Of a stretch of 64,000 bases of DNA, positions 42,401 to 58,475 are shown piece after piece; position 1 is the stretch's first letter, and each line of letters starts with the position of its first letter. The notes beneath the pieces are model-generated. The model was not told the DNA's origin. It searched no databases and saw only the letters and a list, made by a program, of their open reading frames with translations. Source of the DNA: Pristiophorus japonicus (lineage: Eukaryota); contig NC_092010.1 in assembly GCF_044704955.1 (NCBI RefSeq), positions 9,982,001 through 10,046,000 on the forward strand. The letters are read 5' to 3'. Position numbers and translations under genes: made by a program.

Positions 42401-45400
42401 ACATACACTGGTGCTCAGACGTACACTGCTGCTCACACGTACACAGCTGCTCACACGTACATTGGTGCTTACACGTGCACTGGTGCTCACATGTACACCA
42501 CTGCTCACACGTGCACCAATGCTCACACGTACACTGGTGCTCACACGTACACTGGTGCTCACACGTACACTGGTGCTCACACGTACACTGGTGCTCACAC
42601 ATACACTGGCACTCACACGTACACTGGTGCTCACACGTACACTGGTGCTCACATGTGCAGTGGTGCTCACAAGAACACTGGCGCTCACACGTACACAAGT
42701 GCTCACACGTACACAGGTGCTCACACATACACCACTGCTCACATTTACACCACTGCTCACACATGCACTGGTGTTCACATGCACACTGGTGCTCACGCAT
42801 ACACTGGTGCTGAGACGTACATTGGTGCTCACACGTACACTGGTGATCACATGTACACCGGTGCTCACACACATACTGGCGCTCACATGTACATTGGTGC
42901 TCACACGTACACTGGCGCTCACACGTACACTGGTGATCAGATGTACACTGGTGATCAGATGTGCATTGGTGCTCACACGTACACTGGTGCTTACATGTAC
43001 ACTGGTGATCACATGTACACTGGTGCTCACATGTACATCGGTGCTCACACGTACACTGGTGCTTACACATTCACCACTGCTCACATGTACACAGGTGCTC
43101 ACAAGTACACTGGCACTCACACGTACACCACTGCTCACACGTACACCGTTGCTCACACGGACACAGGTGCTCATACATACACTGGTGCTCACACGTACAC
43201 CATTACTCACATGTACACTGGTGCTCACAATTAATCTGGTGATCACACGTACACTGGTGCTCACACATAGACTGGTGCTCACACGTACACTGGTGCTCAC
43301 ACATACACTGGTGCTCACACAGACCACTGCTCATACATACACTGGTGCTCAGACGTACACTGCTGCTCACACGTACACAGCTGCTCACACGTGCATTGGT
43401 GCTTACACGTACACTGGTGCTCACACTTACACCACTGCTCACACGTGCACTGGTGCTCACACGTACACTGGTGATCACATGTACACTGGTGCTCACACAT
43501 ATACTGGCGCTCACATGTACACTGGTGCTCACACGTACACTAGTGCGCACACGTACACTGGTTATCACATGTACACTGGTGCTCACATGTACACTGCTGA
43601 TCAGATGTGCATTGGTACTCACACGTACACTGGTGCTCACACGTACACTGGTGATCACATGTACACTGGTGCTCACACGTACACTGGCGCTCACACATAG
43701 ACTGGTGTCCACACGCACACTGGTGCTCACACGTACACTGGTGTTGACATGTACACCGGTGCTCACACGTACACTGGTGCTTACACATTCACCACTGCTC
43801 ACATTTACACCACTGCTCACACATGCACTGGTGTTCACATGCACACTGGTGCTCACGCATACACTGGTGCTGAGACGTACATTGGTGCTCACACGTACAC
43901 TGGTGATCACATGTACACCGGTGCTCACACACATACTGGCGCTCACATGTACATTGGTGCTCACACGTACACTGGCGCTCACACGTACACTGGTGATCAG
44001 ATGTACACTGGTGATCAGATGTGCATTGGTGCTCACACGTACACTGGTGCTTACATGTACACTGGTGATCACATGTACACTGGTGCTCACATGTACATCG
44101 GTGCTCACACGTACACTGGTGCTTACACATTCACCACTGCTCACATGTACACAGGTGCTCACAAGTACACTGGCACTCACACGTACACCACTGCTCACAC
44201 GTACACCGTTGCTCACACGGACACAGGTGCTCATACATACACTGGTGCTCACACGTACACCATTACTCACATGTACACTGGTGCTCACAATTAATCTGGT
44301 GATCACACGTACACTGGTGCTCACACATAGACTGGTGCTCACACGTACACTGGTGCTCACACGTACACTGGTGCTCACACAGACCACTGCTCATACATAC
44401 ACTGGTGCTCAGACGTACACTGCTGCTCACACGTACACAGCTGCTCACACGTGCATTGGTGCTTACACGTACACTGGTGCTCACACTTACACCACTGCTC
44501 ACACGTGCACTGGTGCTCACACGTACACTGGTGATCACATGTACACTGGTGCTCACACATATACTGGCGCTCACATGTACACTGGTGCTCACACGTACAC
44601 TAGTGCGCACACGTACACTGGTTATCACATGTACACTGGTGCTCACATGTACACTGCTGATCAGATGTGCATTGGTACTCACACGTACACTGGTGCTCAC
44701 ACGTACACTGGTGATCACATGTACACTGGTGCTCACACGTACACTGGCGCTCACACATAGACTGGTGTCCACACGCACACTGGTGCTCACACGTACACTG
44801 GTGTTGACATGTACACCGGTGCTCACACGTACACTGGTGCTTACACATTCACCACTGCTCACATGGACACAGGTGCTCACAAGTACACTGGCACTCACAC
44901 GTACACTGGTGCTCACACGTACACTGGTGCTCACACGTACACCACTGCCCATACGTACACTGTTGCTCACATGGACAAGTGTGCTCACACGTACACGGGT
45001 GCTCACACGTACACTGGCACTCACACGTACTCAGGTGCTCACACATACACTGTTGCACAGACTTACACCGCTGCTCAGACGTACACTGGCGCTCACACGT
45101 CCACTGGTGCTCACACCCACACTGGCACTCACACGTACACTGGTGCTCACACGTACACTGATGCTCACACGTATACTGGTGCTCACACGTACACTGGTGC
45201 TCACACGTACACTGGTGCACACACATACACCACTGCTCATACATACACTGGTGCTCACACGTACACCACTGCTCACACATACACTGGTGCTCACAATTAC
45301 ACTGGTGATCACACGTACACTGGTGCTCACACATACACCACTGCTCACACATACTCTGGTGCTCAGACGTACACTGCTGCTCACACGTACACTGGTGATC

Positions 45401-48400
45401 ACATGTACACTGGCGCTCACATGTACACTGGTGCTCACACCCACACTGGCGCTCACACGTACACTGGTGCTCACACATACACTGGTGCTCACACATACAC
45501 TGGTGCTCACACGTATACTGGCGATCACACGCACACTGGTGCTCACACGTAGACTGGTGCTCCCACGTACATTGGTGCTTACACGTACACTGGTGCTCAC
45601 ACGTACACCACTGCTCACACGTGCACTGGTGCTCATAATTACACTGGTGATCACACGTACACTGGTGCCCACACATACACCACTGCTCATACATACACTG
45701 GTGCTCACACGTACACCACTGCTCTCACGTGCACTGGTGCTCACAATTACACTGGTGATCACACGTACACTGGTGCTCACATGTACACCACTGCTCACAC
45801 ATACTCTGGTGCTCAGACGTACACTGCTGCTCACACGTACACTGGTGATCACATGTACACTGGTGCTCACACGTACACTGGTGATCACATGTACATTGGT
45901 GCTCACACGTACACTGGTGTTGACATGTACACCGCTGCTCACACATACACTGGCGCTCACACGTACACTGGTTCTCACACCCACACTGGCGCTCACACGT
46001 TTACTGGTGCTCACACATATACTGGTGCTCACACATACACCACTGCTCACACGTACACTGGTGCTCACACGTACACTGGTGCTCACACGTACACTGGTGC
46101 TCACACATACACCGCTACTCACACGTACACTGGTGCTCACACATATACTGGTGCTCACACATACACTGGTGATCACACGTACACTGCTGCTCACACGTAC
46201 ACAGCTGCTTACACGTACACTGGTGCTTACACGTACACTGGTGCTCACACCTACACCACTGCTCACATGTACACTGGCACTCACACGTACACAGCTGCTT
46301 ACACATACACTGGTGCTTACACGTACACTGGTGCTCACACATACACCACTGCTCACATGTACACCACTGCTCACACATGCACTGGTGCTCACGTGTATAC
46401 TGGCGCTCACATGTACACTGGTGATCGCATGTACACTGGTGCTCACAAGCACACCACTGCTCACACGTACACCGGCACTCACACATACACTGGTGCTCAC
46501 ACGTACACTGGTGGTCACACGTACACTGGTGCTCACATGTATCTGGTGCTCACACATACACCACTGCTCACTTGTACACCACTGCTCACACATACACTGG
46601 TGCTCATGTGTATACTGGTGCTCACATGTACACTGGTGATCACATGTACACTGGTGATCACACGTACACTGGTGCTCCACACATACACTGGTGATCACAC
46701 GTACATTGGTGCTCACAAGTATACTGGTGCTCACACATACAGGGTGCTCACATGTACACTGGTGCTCACACGTACACTGGTGCTCACACGTATAGCACTG
46801 CTCGCTCGTACACTGGTGCTCACACGTACACTGTTGCTCACATATACACCACTGCTCACATGTACACAGGTGCTCACAAGTACACTGGCACTCACACGTA
46901 CACCACTGCTCACATGTACACTGGTGCTCACACGTACACTGGCGCTCACATGTACACTGGTGCGCACACATACACTGGTGCCCACAGGTACACTGGTGCT
47001 CACACGTACACTGGTGATCAGATGTACATTGGTGCTCACACGTACACTGGTGCTCACAATTAAACTGGTGATCACACGTACACTGGTGCTCACACATAGA
47101 CTGGTGCTCACACGTACACTGGTGCTCACACGTGCACTGGTGCTCACACACACCACTGCTCATACATACACTGGTGCTCAGACGTACACTGCTGCTCACA
47201 CGTACACAGCTGCTCACACGTGCATTGGTGCTTACATGTACACTGGTGCTCACACTTACACCACTGCTCACACGTGCACTGGTGCTCACACGTACACTGG
47301 TGATCACATGTACAGTAGTGCTCACACATATACTCAGGTGCTCACACATATACTGGCGCTCACACGTACACTGGCGCTCACACGTACACTAGTGCGCACA
47401 CGTACACTGGTTATCACATGTACTCTGGTGCTCACATGTACACTGCTGATCAGATGCACATTGGTGCTCAAACGTACACTGGTGCTCACACGTACACTGG
47501 TGATCACATGTACACTGGTGCTCACACGTACACTGGCACTCACACATAGACTGGTGTCCACACACACACTGGTGCTCACACGTACACTGGTGTTGACATG
47601 TACACTAGTGCGCACACGTACACTGGTTATCACATGTACACTGGTGCTCACATGTACACTGCTGATCAGATGCACATTGGTGCTCAAACGTACACTGGTG
47701 CTCACACGTACACTGGTGATCACATGTACACTGGTGCTCACACGTACACTGGCACTCACACATAGACTGGTGTCCACACACACACTGGTGCTCACACGTA
47801 CACTGGTGTTGACATGTACACCGGTGCTCACACGTACACTGGTGCTTACACATTCACCACTACTCACATGTACACAGGTGCTCACAAGTACACTGGCACT
47901 CACACGTACACTGGTGCTCACACGTACACTGGTGCTCACACGTACACCACTGCTCATACGTACACCGTTGCTCACATGGACAAGGGTGCTCACACGTACA
48001 CGGGTGCTCAAACGTACACTGGCGCTCACACGTACACAGGTGCTCACACATGCACCGTTGCACAGACTTACACCGCTGCTCAGACGTACACTGGCGCTCA
48101 CACGTCCACTGGTGCTCACACCCACACTGGCGCTCACACGTACACTGGTGCTCACACGAACACTGACGCTCACACGTATACTGGTGCTCACAATTACACT
48201 GGTGATCACACGTACACTGGTGCTCACACATACACCACTGCTCACACATACTCTGGTGCTCAGACGTACACTGCTGCTCACACGTACACTGATGCACACA
48301 CATATACTGGTGCTCACACGTACACTGGTGCTCACACGTACACTGGTGCTCACATGTACACCACTGCTCACATGTACACTGGTGCTCACAATTACACTGG

Positions 48401-51400
48401 TGATCACACGTACACTGGTGCTCACACATACACCACTGCTCACACATACTCTGGTGCTCAGACGTACACTGCTGCTCACACGTACACTGGTGATCACATG
48501 TGCACTGGCGCTCACATGTACACTGGTGCTCACACACACACTGGCGCTCACACGTACACTGGTGCTCACACATACACTGGTGCTCACACATACACTGGTG
48601 CTCACACGTATACTGGCGATCACACGTACACCGGTGCTCACACGTAGACTGGTGCTCACACATACATTGGTGCTTACACGTACACTGGTGCTCACATGTA
48701 CACCACTGCTCACATGTGCACTGCTGCTCACAATTACACTGGTGATCACACGTACACTGGTGCTCACACATACACCACTGCTCATACATACACTGGTGCT
48801 CACACGTACACCACTGCTCACACGTGCACTGGTGCTCACAATTACACTGGTGATCACACGTACACTGGTGCACACATGCACACCACTGCTCACACATACT
48901 CTGGTGCTCAGACGTACACTGCTGCTCACACGTACACTGGTGATCACATGTACACTGGTGCTCACACATACACTGGTGATCACACGTACATTGGTGCTCA
49001 CACGTACACTGGTGTTGACATGTACACCGCTGCTCACACGTACACTGGCGCTCACAGGTACACTGGTTCTCACACCCACACTGGCGCTCACACGTTCACT
49101 GGTGCTCACACATACACTGGTGCTCACACATACACTACTGCTCACACGTACACTGGTGCTCACACGTATACTGGCGCTCACAATTACACTGGTGCTCACA
49201 CGTACACTGGTGCTCACACATACACCGCTGCTCACACGTACACTGGTGCTCACACGTACACTGGTGCTCACACCTACACCACTGCTCACACGTACACTGG
49301 CACTCACACGTACACAGCTGATTACACATACACTGGTGCTTACACGTACACTGGTGCTCACACATACACCACTGCTCACATGTACACCACTGCTCACACA
49401 TGCACTGGTGCTCACACGTACACTGTTGCTCACACATACACCACTGCTCACATGTACACAGGTGCTCACAAGTACACTGGCACTCACACGTACACCACTG
49501 CTCACATGTACACTGGTGCTCACACGTACACTGGCGCTCACATGTACACTGGTGCTCACACGTACACTGGCGCTCACACGTACACCGGTGCTCACATGTA
49601 CACCGCTGCTCACACGTATACTGGTGTTCACACGTATACTGGTGCTCACACGTACACTGGTGCTCACACGTACACTGGTGCTCACATGTACACCACTGCT
49701 CACACATACACTGGTGCTCACAATTACACTAGTGATCACACGTACACTGGTGCTCACACATACACCACTGCTCACACATACGCTGGTGCTCAGACGTACA
49801 CTGCTGCTCACACGTACACTGCTGATCACATGTACACTGGCGCTCACATGTACACTGGTGCTCACACCCACACTGGCGCTCACACGTACACTGGTGCTCA
49901 CACGTTCACTGGTGCTCACACATACACTGGTGCTCACACATACACTGCTGCTCACACGTACACTGGTGCTCACACGTATACTGGCGCTCACAATTACACT
50001 GGTGCTCACACGTATACTGGTGCTCACACATACACCGCTGCTCACACGTACACTGGTGCTCACACGTACACAGCTGCTCACACATACACTGGTGATCACA
50101 CGTACACTGCTGCTCACATGTACACAGCTGCTTACACATACACTGGTGCTTACACGTACACTGGTGCTCACACCTACACCACTGCTCACACGTACACTGG
50201 CACTCACACGTACACAGCTGCTTACACATACACTGGTGCTTACACATACACTGGAGCTCACACATACACCACTGCTCACATGTACACCACTGCTCACACA
50301 TGCACTGGTGCTCACGTGTATACTGGCACTCACATGTACACTGGTGATCGCATGTACACTGGTGCTCACACGCACACCACTGCTCACACGTACACTGGTG
50401 ATCACATGTACACTGGTGGTCACACGTACACTGGTGATCACACGTACATTGGTGCTCACACGTACACTGGTGTTGACATGTACACCGCTGCTCACACGTA
50501 CACTGGCGCTCACACGTACACTGGTTCTCACACCCGCACTGGCGCTCACATGTTCACTGGTGCTCACACATACACTGGTGCTCACACATACACCGCTGCT
50601 CACACGTACACTGGTGCTCACACGTACACTGGTGCTCACACGTATACTGGCGCTCACACTTACACTGGTGCTCACACGTACACTGGTGCTCACACGTACA
50701 CTGGTGCTCACACATACACTGGTGATCACACGGACACTGCTGCTCACACGTACACAGCTGCTTACACGTACACTGGTGCTCACATGTACACTGGTGGTCA
50801 CACGTACACTGGTGCTCACATGTACACTGGTGCTCACACATACACCACTGCTCACACGTACACCACTGCTCACACATACACTGGTGCTCATGTGTATACT
50901 GGTGCTCACATGTACACTGGGGATCAAATGTACACTGGTGATCACACATACATTGGTGATCACACGTACACTGGTGCTCACACGTAAACCACTGCTCACT
51001 CGTACACTGGTGCTCACACGTACACCACTGCTGACATGTACACAGGTGCTCACAAGTACACTGGCACTCACACGTACACCACTGCTCACATGTACACTGG
51101 TGCTCACACGTACACTGGTGCTCACATGTACACTGGTGCTCACACGTACACTGGCGCTCACACGTACACCGGTGCTCACATGTACACCGCTGCTCACACG
51201 TATACTGGTGTTCACACGTATACTGGCGCTCACATGTACACTGGTGCTCACACATACACTGGCGCTCACACGTACACCGGTGCTCACATGTACACCGCTG
51301 CTCACACGTATACTGGTGTTCACACGTATACTGGCGCTCACATGTACACTGGTGCTCACACGTACACTGGCGCTCACATGTACACAGGTGCTCACATGTA

Positions 51401-54400
51401 CACTGGTGCACACACGTACACTGGCGCTCACACGTACACTGGCGCTCACACGTACACTGGTGCTCAAACGTTCACTGTCGCTCACACCTACACTGGTGCT
51501 CACACGTACACTGGTGCTCACAATTACACTGGTGATCACACGTACACTGGTGCTCACACATACACCACTGCTCATACATACACTGGTGCTCACACGTACA
51601 CCACTGCTCACACGTGCACTGGTGCTCACAATTACGCTGGTGATCACACGTACACTGGTGCTCACATGTACACCACTGCTCACACATACTCTGGTGCTCA
51701 GACGTACACTGCTGCTCACATGTACACTGGTGATCACATGTACACTGGTGCTCACACGTACACTGGTGATCACACGTACACTGGTGTTGACATGTACACC
51801 GCTGCTCACACGTACACTGGCGCTCACACGTACACTGGTTCTCACACCCACACTGGCGCTCACACGTTCACTGGTGCTCACACATACACTGGTGCTCACA
51901 TATACACCGCTGCTCACACGTACACTGGTGCTCACACGTATACTGGCGCTCACACTTACACTGGTGCTCACACGTACACTGGTGCTCACACATACACCGC
52001 TGCTCACACGTACACCACTGCTCACATGTACACTGGTGCTCACACGTACACTGGCGCTCACATGTACACTGGTGCTCATACGTACACTGGCGCTCACACG
52101 TACACCGGTGCTCACATGTACACCGCTGCTCACACGTATACTGGTGTTCACACGTATACTGGCGCTCACATGTACACTGGTGCTCACACATACACTGGCG
52201 CTCACACGTACACCGGTGCTCACATGTACGCCGCTGCTCACACGTATACTGGTGTTCACACGTATACTGGCGCTCACATGTACACTGGTGCTCACACGTA
52301 CACTGGGAGCTCACATGTACACAGGTGCTCACATGTACACTGGTGCACACACGTAAACTGGCGCTCACACGTACACTGGCGCTCACACGTACACTGGTGC
52401 TCAAACGTTCACTGTCGCTCACACCTACACTGGTGCTCACACATACACTGGTGCTCACAATTACACTGGTGATCACACGTACACTGGTGCTCACACATAC
52501 ACCACTGCTCATACATACACTGGTGCTCACACGTACACCACTGCTCACACGTGCACTGGTGCTCACAATTACACTGGTGATCACACGTACACTGGTGCTC
52601 ACATGTACACCACTGCTCACATGTACACCACTGCTCACACATGCACTGGTGCTCACGTGTATACTGGCGCTCACATGTACACTGGTGATCGCATGTACAC
52701 TGGTGCTCACACGCTCACCACTGCTCACACGTACACCGGCGCTCACACGTACACTGGTGCTCACACGTACACTGGTGGTCACACGTACACTGGTGCTCAC
52801 ATGTACACTGGTGCTCACACATACACCACTGCTCACATGTACACCACTGCTCACACATACACTGGTGCTCATGTGTATACTGGTGCTCACATGTACACTG
52901 GTGATCACATGTACACTGGTGATCACATGTACACTGGTGATCACACGTACACTGGTGCTCCACACATACACTGGTGATCACACATACACTGGTGCTCACA
53001 CGTATACCACTGCTCACTCGTACACTGGTGCTCACACGTACACTGTTGCTCACACATACACCACTGCTCACATGTACACTGGTGCTCACACGTACACTGG
53101 CGCTCACATGTACACTGGTGCTCACACGTACACTGGCGCTCACACGTACACCGGTGCTCACATGTACACCGCTGCTCACACGTATACTGGTGTTCACACA
53201 TATACTGGTGCTCACACGTACACTGACGCTCACACGTATACTGGTGCTCACACGTACACTGGTGCTCACAATTACACTGGTGATCACACGTACACTGGTG
53301 CTCACACATACACCACTGCTCACACATACTCTGGTGCTCAGACGTACACTGCTGCTCACACGTACACTGCTGATCACATGTACACTGGCGCTCACATGTA
53401 CACCAGTGCTCACACCCACACTGGCGCTCACACGTACACTGGTGCTCACACATACACTGGTGCTCACACATACACTGGTGCTCACACGTATACTGGCGAT
53501 CACACGTACACTGGTGCTCACACGTAGACTGGTGCTCACACGTACATTGGTGCTTACACGTACACTGGTGCTCACATGTACACCACTGCTCACATGTGCA
53601 CTGCTGCTCACAATTACACTGGTGATCACACGTACACTGGTGCTCACACATACACCACTGCTCATACATACACTGGTGCTCACACGTACACCACTGCTCA
53701 CACGTGCACTGGTGCTCACAATTACACTGGTGATCACACGTACACTGGTGCTCACATGTACACCACTGCTCACACATACTCTGGTGCTCAGACGTACACT
53801 GCTGCTCACACGTACACTGGTGATCACATGTACACTGGTGCTCACACATGCACTGGTGATCACACGTACATTGGTGCTCACACGTACACTGGTGTTGACA
53901 TGTACACCGATGCTCACACGTACACTGGCGCTCACACGTACACTGGTTCTCACACCCACACTGGCGCTCACACGTTCACTGGTGCTAACACATACACTGG
54001 TGCTCACACATACACCGCTACTCACACGTACACTGGTGCTCACACGTATACTGGCGCTCACAATTACACTGGTGCTCACACGTATACTGGTGCTCACACA
54101 TACACTGGTGATCACACGTACACTGCTGCTCACACGTACACAGCTGCTTACACGTACACTGGTGCTTACACGTACACTGGTGCTCACACCTACACCACTG
54201 CTCACACGTACACTGGCACTCACACGTACACAGCTGCTTACACATACACTGGTGCTTACACGTACACTGGTGCTCACACATACACCACTGCTCACATGTA
54301 CACCACTGCTCACACATGCACTGGTGCTCACGTGTATACTGACGCTCAAATGTACACTGGTGATCGCATGTACACTGGTGCTCACACGCACACCACTGCT

Positions 54401-57400
54401 CACACGTACACTGGTGATCATATGTACACTGGTGCTCACACGTACACTGGTGATCACACGTACATTGGTGCTCACACGTACACTGGTGTTGACATGTACA
54501 CCGCTGCTCACACGTACACTGGCGCTCACACGTACACTGGTTCTCACACCCACACTGGCGCTCACATGTTCACTGGTGCTCACACATACACTGGTGCTCA
54601 CACATACACCGCTGCTCACACGTACACTGGTGCTCACACGTATACTGGCGCTCACACTTACACTGGTGCTCACACGTACACTGGTGCTCACACGTACACT
54701 GGTGCTCACACGTATACTGGTGCTCACACATACACTGGTGATCACACGTACACTGCTGCTCACACGTACACAGCTGCTTACACGTACACTGGTGCTCACA
54801 CGTACACTGGTGGTCACACGTACACTGGTGCTCACACATACACCACTGCTCACACGTACACCACTGCTCACACATACACTGGTGCTCATGTGTATACTGG
54901 TGCTCACATGTACACTGGGGATCACATGTACACTGGTGATCACACATACACTGGTGATCACATGTACACTGGTGCTCACACGTATACCACTGCTCACTCG
55001 TACACTGGTGCTCACACGTACACTGTTGCTCACACATACACCACTGCTGACATGTACACAGGTGCTTACAAGTACACTGGCACTCACACGTACACCACTG
55101 CTCACATGTACAACGCTGCTCACACATACACTGGTGCTCATGTGTATACTGGTGCTCACATGTACACTGGGGATCACATGTACACTGGTGATCACACATA
55201 CACTGGTGATCACACGTACACTGGTGCTCACACGTATACCACTGCTCACTCGTACACTGGTGCTCACACGTACACTGTTGCTCACACATACACCACTGCT
55301 GACATGTACACAGCTGCTCACACGTACACTGGCGCTCACATGTACACTGGTGCTCACACGTACACTGGCGCTCACACGTACACCGGTGCTCACATGTACA
55401 CCGCTGCTCACACGTATACTGGTGTTCACACGTATACTGCCGCTCACATGTACACTGGTGCTCACACATACACTGGCGCTCACACGTACACCGCTGCTCA
55501 CACGTATACTGGTGTTCACACGTATACTGGCGCTCACATGTACACTGGTGCTCACACGTACACTGGCGCTCACATGTACACAGGTGCTCACATGTACACT
55601 GGTGCACACACGTACGCTGGCGCTCACACGTACACTGGCGCTCACACGTACACTGGTGCTCAAACGTTCACTGTCGCTCACACCTACACTGGTGCTCACA
55701 CGTACACTGGTGCTCACAATTACACTGGTGATCACACGTACACTGGTGCTCACACATACACCACTGCTCATACATACACTGGTGCTCACACATACACCAC
55801 TGCTCACATGTGCACTGGTGCTCACAATTACACTGGTGATCACACGTACACTGGTGCTCACATGTACACCACTGCTCACACATACTCTGGTGCTCAGACG
55901 TACACTGCTGCTCACACGTACACTGGTGATCACATGTACACTGGTGCTCACACGTACACTGGTGATCACACGTACACTGGTGTTGACATGTACACCGCTG
56001 CTCACACGTACACTGGTGCTCACACGTATACTGGTGCTCACACATACACTGGTGATCACACGTACACTGCTGCTCACACGTACACAGCTGCTTACACGTA
56101 CACTGGTGCTTACACGTACACTGGTGCTCACACCTACACCACTGCTCACACGTACACTGGCACTCACACGTACACAGCTGCTTACACATACACTGGTGCT
56201 TACACGTACACTGGTGCTCACCCATACACCACTGCTCACATGTACACCACTGCTCACACATGCACTGGTGCTCACGTGTATACTGGCGCTCACATGTACA
56301 CTGGTGATCGCATGTACACTGGTGCTCACACGCACACCACTGCTCACACGTACACCGGCGCTCACACGTACACTGGTGCTCACACGTACACTGGTGCTCA
56401 CACGTACACTGGTGGTCACACGTACACTGGTGCTCACAATTACACTGGTGATCACACGTACACTGGTGCTCAAACGTTCACTGTCGCTCACACATACACT
56501 GGTGCTCACAATTACACTGGTGATCACACGTACACTGGTGCTCACACAAACACCACTGCTCATACATACACTGGTGCTCACACGTACACCACTGCTCACA
56601 CGTGCACTGGTGCTCACAATTACACTGGTGATCACACGTACACTGGTGCTCACATGTACACCACTGCTCACACATACTCTGGTGCTCAGACGTACACTGC
56701 TGCTCACACATACACTGGTGTTGACATGTACACCACTGCTCACACGTACACTGGCGCTCACACATACACTGGTTCTCACACCCACACTGGCGCTCACACG
56801 TTCACTGGTGCTCACACATACACTGGTGCTCACACATACACCGCTGCTCACACGTACACTGGTGCTCAAACGTATACTGGCGCTCACACTTACACTGGTG
56901 CTCACACGTACACTGGTGCTCACACATACACCGCTGCTCACACGTACACTGGTGCTCACACGTATACTGGTGCTCACACATGCACTGGTGATCACACGTA
57001 CACTGCTGCTTACACGTACACAGCTGCTTACACGTACACTGGTGCTTACACGTACACTGGTGCTGACACCTACACCACTGCTCATACGTACACTGGCACT
57101 CACACGTACACAGCTGCTCACACATACACTGGTGCTTACACATACACTGGTGCTTACACGTACACTGGTGCTCACACATACACCACTGCTCACACGTACA
57201 CCACTGCTCACACATGCACTGGTGCTCACGTGTATACTGGCGCTCACATGTACACTGGTGATCGCATGTACACTGGTGCTCACACGCACACCACTGCTCA
57301 CACGTACACCGGCGCTCACACGTACACTGGTTCTCACACGTACACTGGTGCTCACACGTACACTGGTGGTCACACGTACACTGGTGCTCACATGTACACT

Positions 57401-58217
57401 GGTGTTCACACATACACCACTGCTCACGTGTACACCACTGCTCACACATACACTGGTGCTCATGTGTATACTGGTGCTCACATGTACACTGGTGATCACA
57501 TGTACACTGGCGCTCGCACGTACACAGGTGCTCACATGTACACTGGTGCACACACGTACACTGGCGCTCACACGTACACTGGCGCTCACACGTACACTGG
57601 TGCTCAAACGTGCACTGTCGCTCACATGTACACTGGTGCTCCACACATACACTGGTGATCACACGTACACTGCTGCTCACAAGTATACCACTGCTCACTC
57701 GTACACTGGTGCTCACACGTACACTGTTGCTCACACATACACCACTGCTCACATGCACACAGGTGCTCACAAGTACACTGGCACTCACACGTACACCACT
57801 GCTCACATGTACACTGGTGCTCACACGTACACTGGCGCTCACATGTACACTGGTGCTCACACGTACACTGGCGCTCACACGTACACCGGTGCTCACATGT
57901 ACACCGCTGCTCACACGTATACTGGTGTTCGCACGTATACTGGCGCTCACATGTACACTGGTGCTCACACGTACACTGGCGCTCGCACGTACACAGGTGC
58001 TCACATGTACACTGGTGCACACACGTACACTGGCGCTCACACGTACACTGGCGCTCACACGTACACTGGTGCTCAAACGTGCACTGTCGCTCACATGTAC
58101 ACTGGTGCTCACACGTACACTGGTGCTCACACATACACTGGTGCTCACACGTGCGCACACGTACACTGTCGCTCACACGTACACTGGTGCTCACTTGTAC
58201 ACTGGTGCTTACACATG
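30481..58217. repeat. 18-bp minisatellite B (GGTGCTCACACGTACACT), ~1540 units
   Basis: Directly visible. It translates as VLTRTL / GAHTYT / CEHQCT / VSTSVR repeats. Internal duplications show offsets of ~1970-2300, 628, 1060 and 4880 bp. Confidence 0.98.
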
Positions 58218-58475
58218 CCCTTCCCAGCAGTAGTCAGTGAGGTGTGAAAAGGAGCGGGGATCGAAGCTGAGTTTTTCCCTGTGCTGCAATGGATGCTGAG
58301 GCTAATTGTAGCCCCCTCAACTGCTGCTGCAGCTCAGGTCACCAACTCGCTGGCCTGCTGATTTGTGCCGCGGCAACATCAAAGCCTAGCTGTACTTCAG
58401 CTTTTCTTTTGAAAATGAAATGTATTTATGATATTGAATGGTGGGATGATTGGTACAATCTCTGCTCTTCTCCAG

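Noticed and set aside
20605-58247. Very long ORFs (up to 2191 aa) of VGTLTL, GGHTDT, VLTRTL, GAHTYT, VSTSVR and CEHQCT repeats, suggesting mucin, antifreeze or metal-binding proteins
   Set aside because: The 18-bp units are stop-free in most frames on both strands, so long overlapping ORFs are expected. Frequent frameshifts swap the peptide type mid-ORF, and no frame is preferentially preserved.
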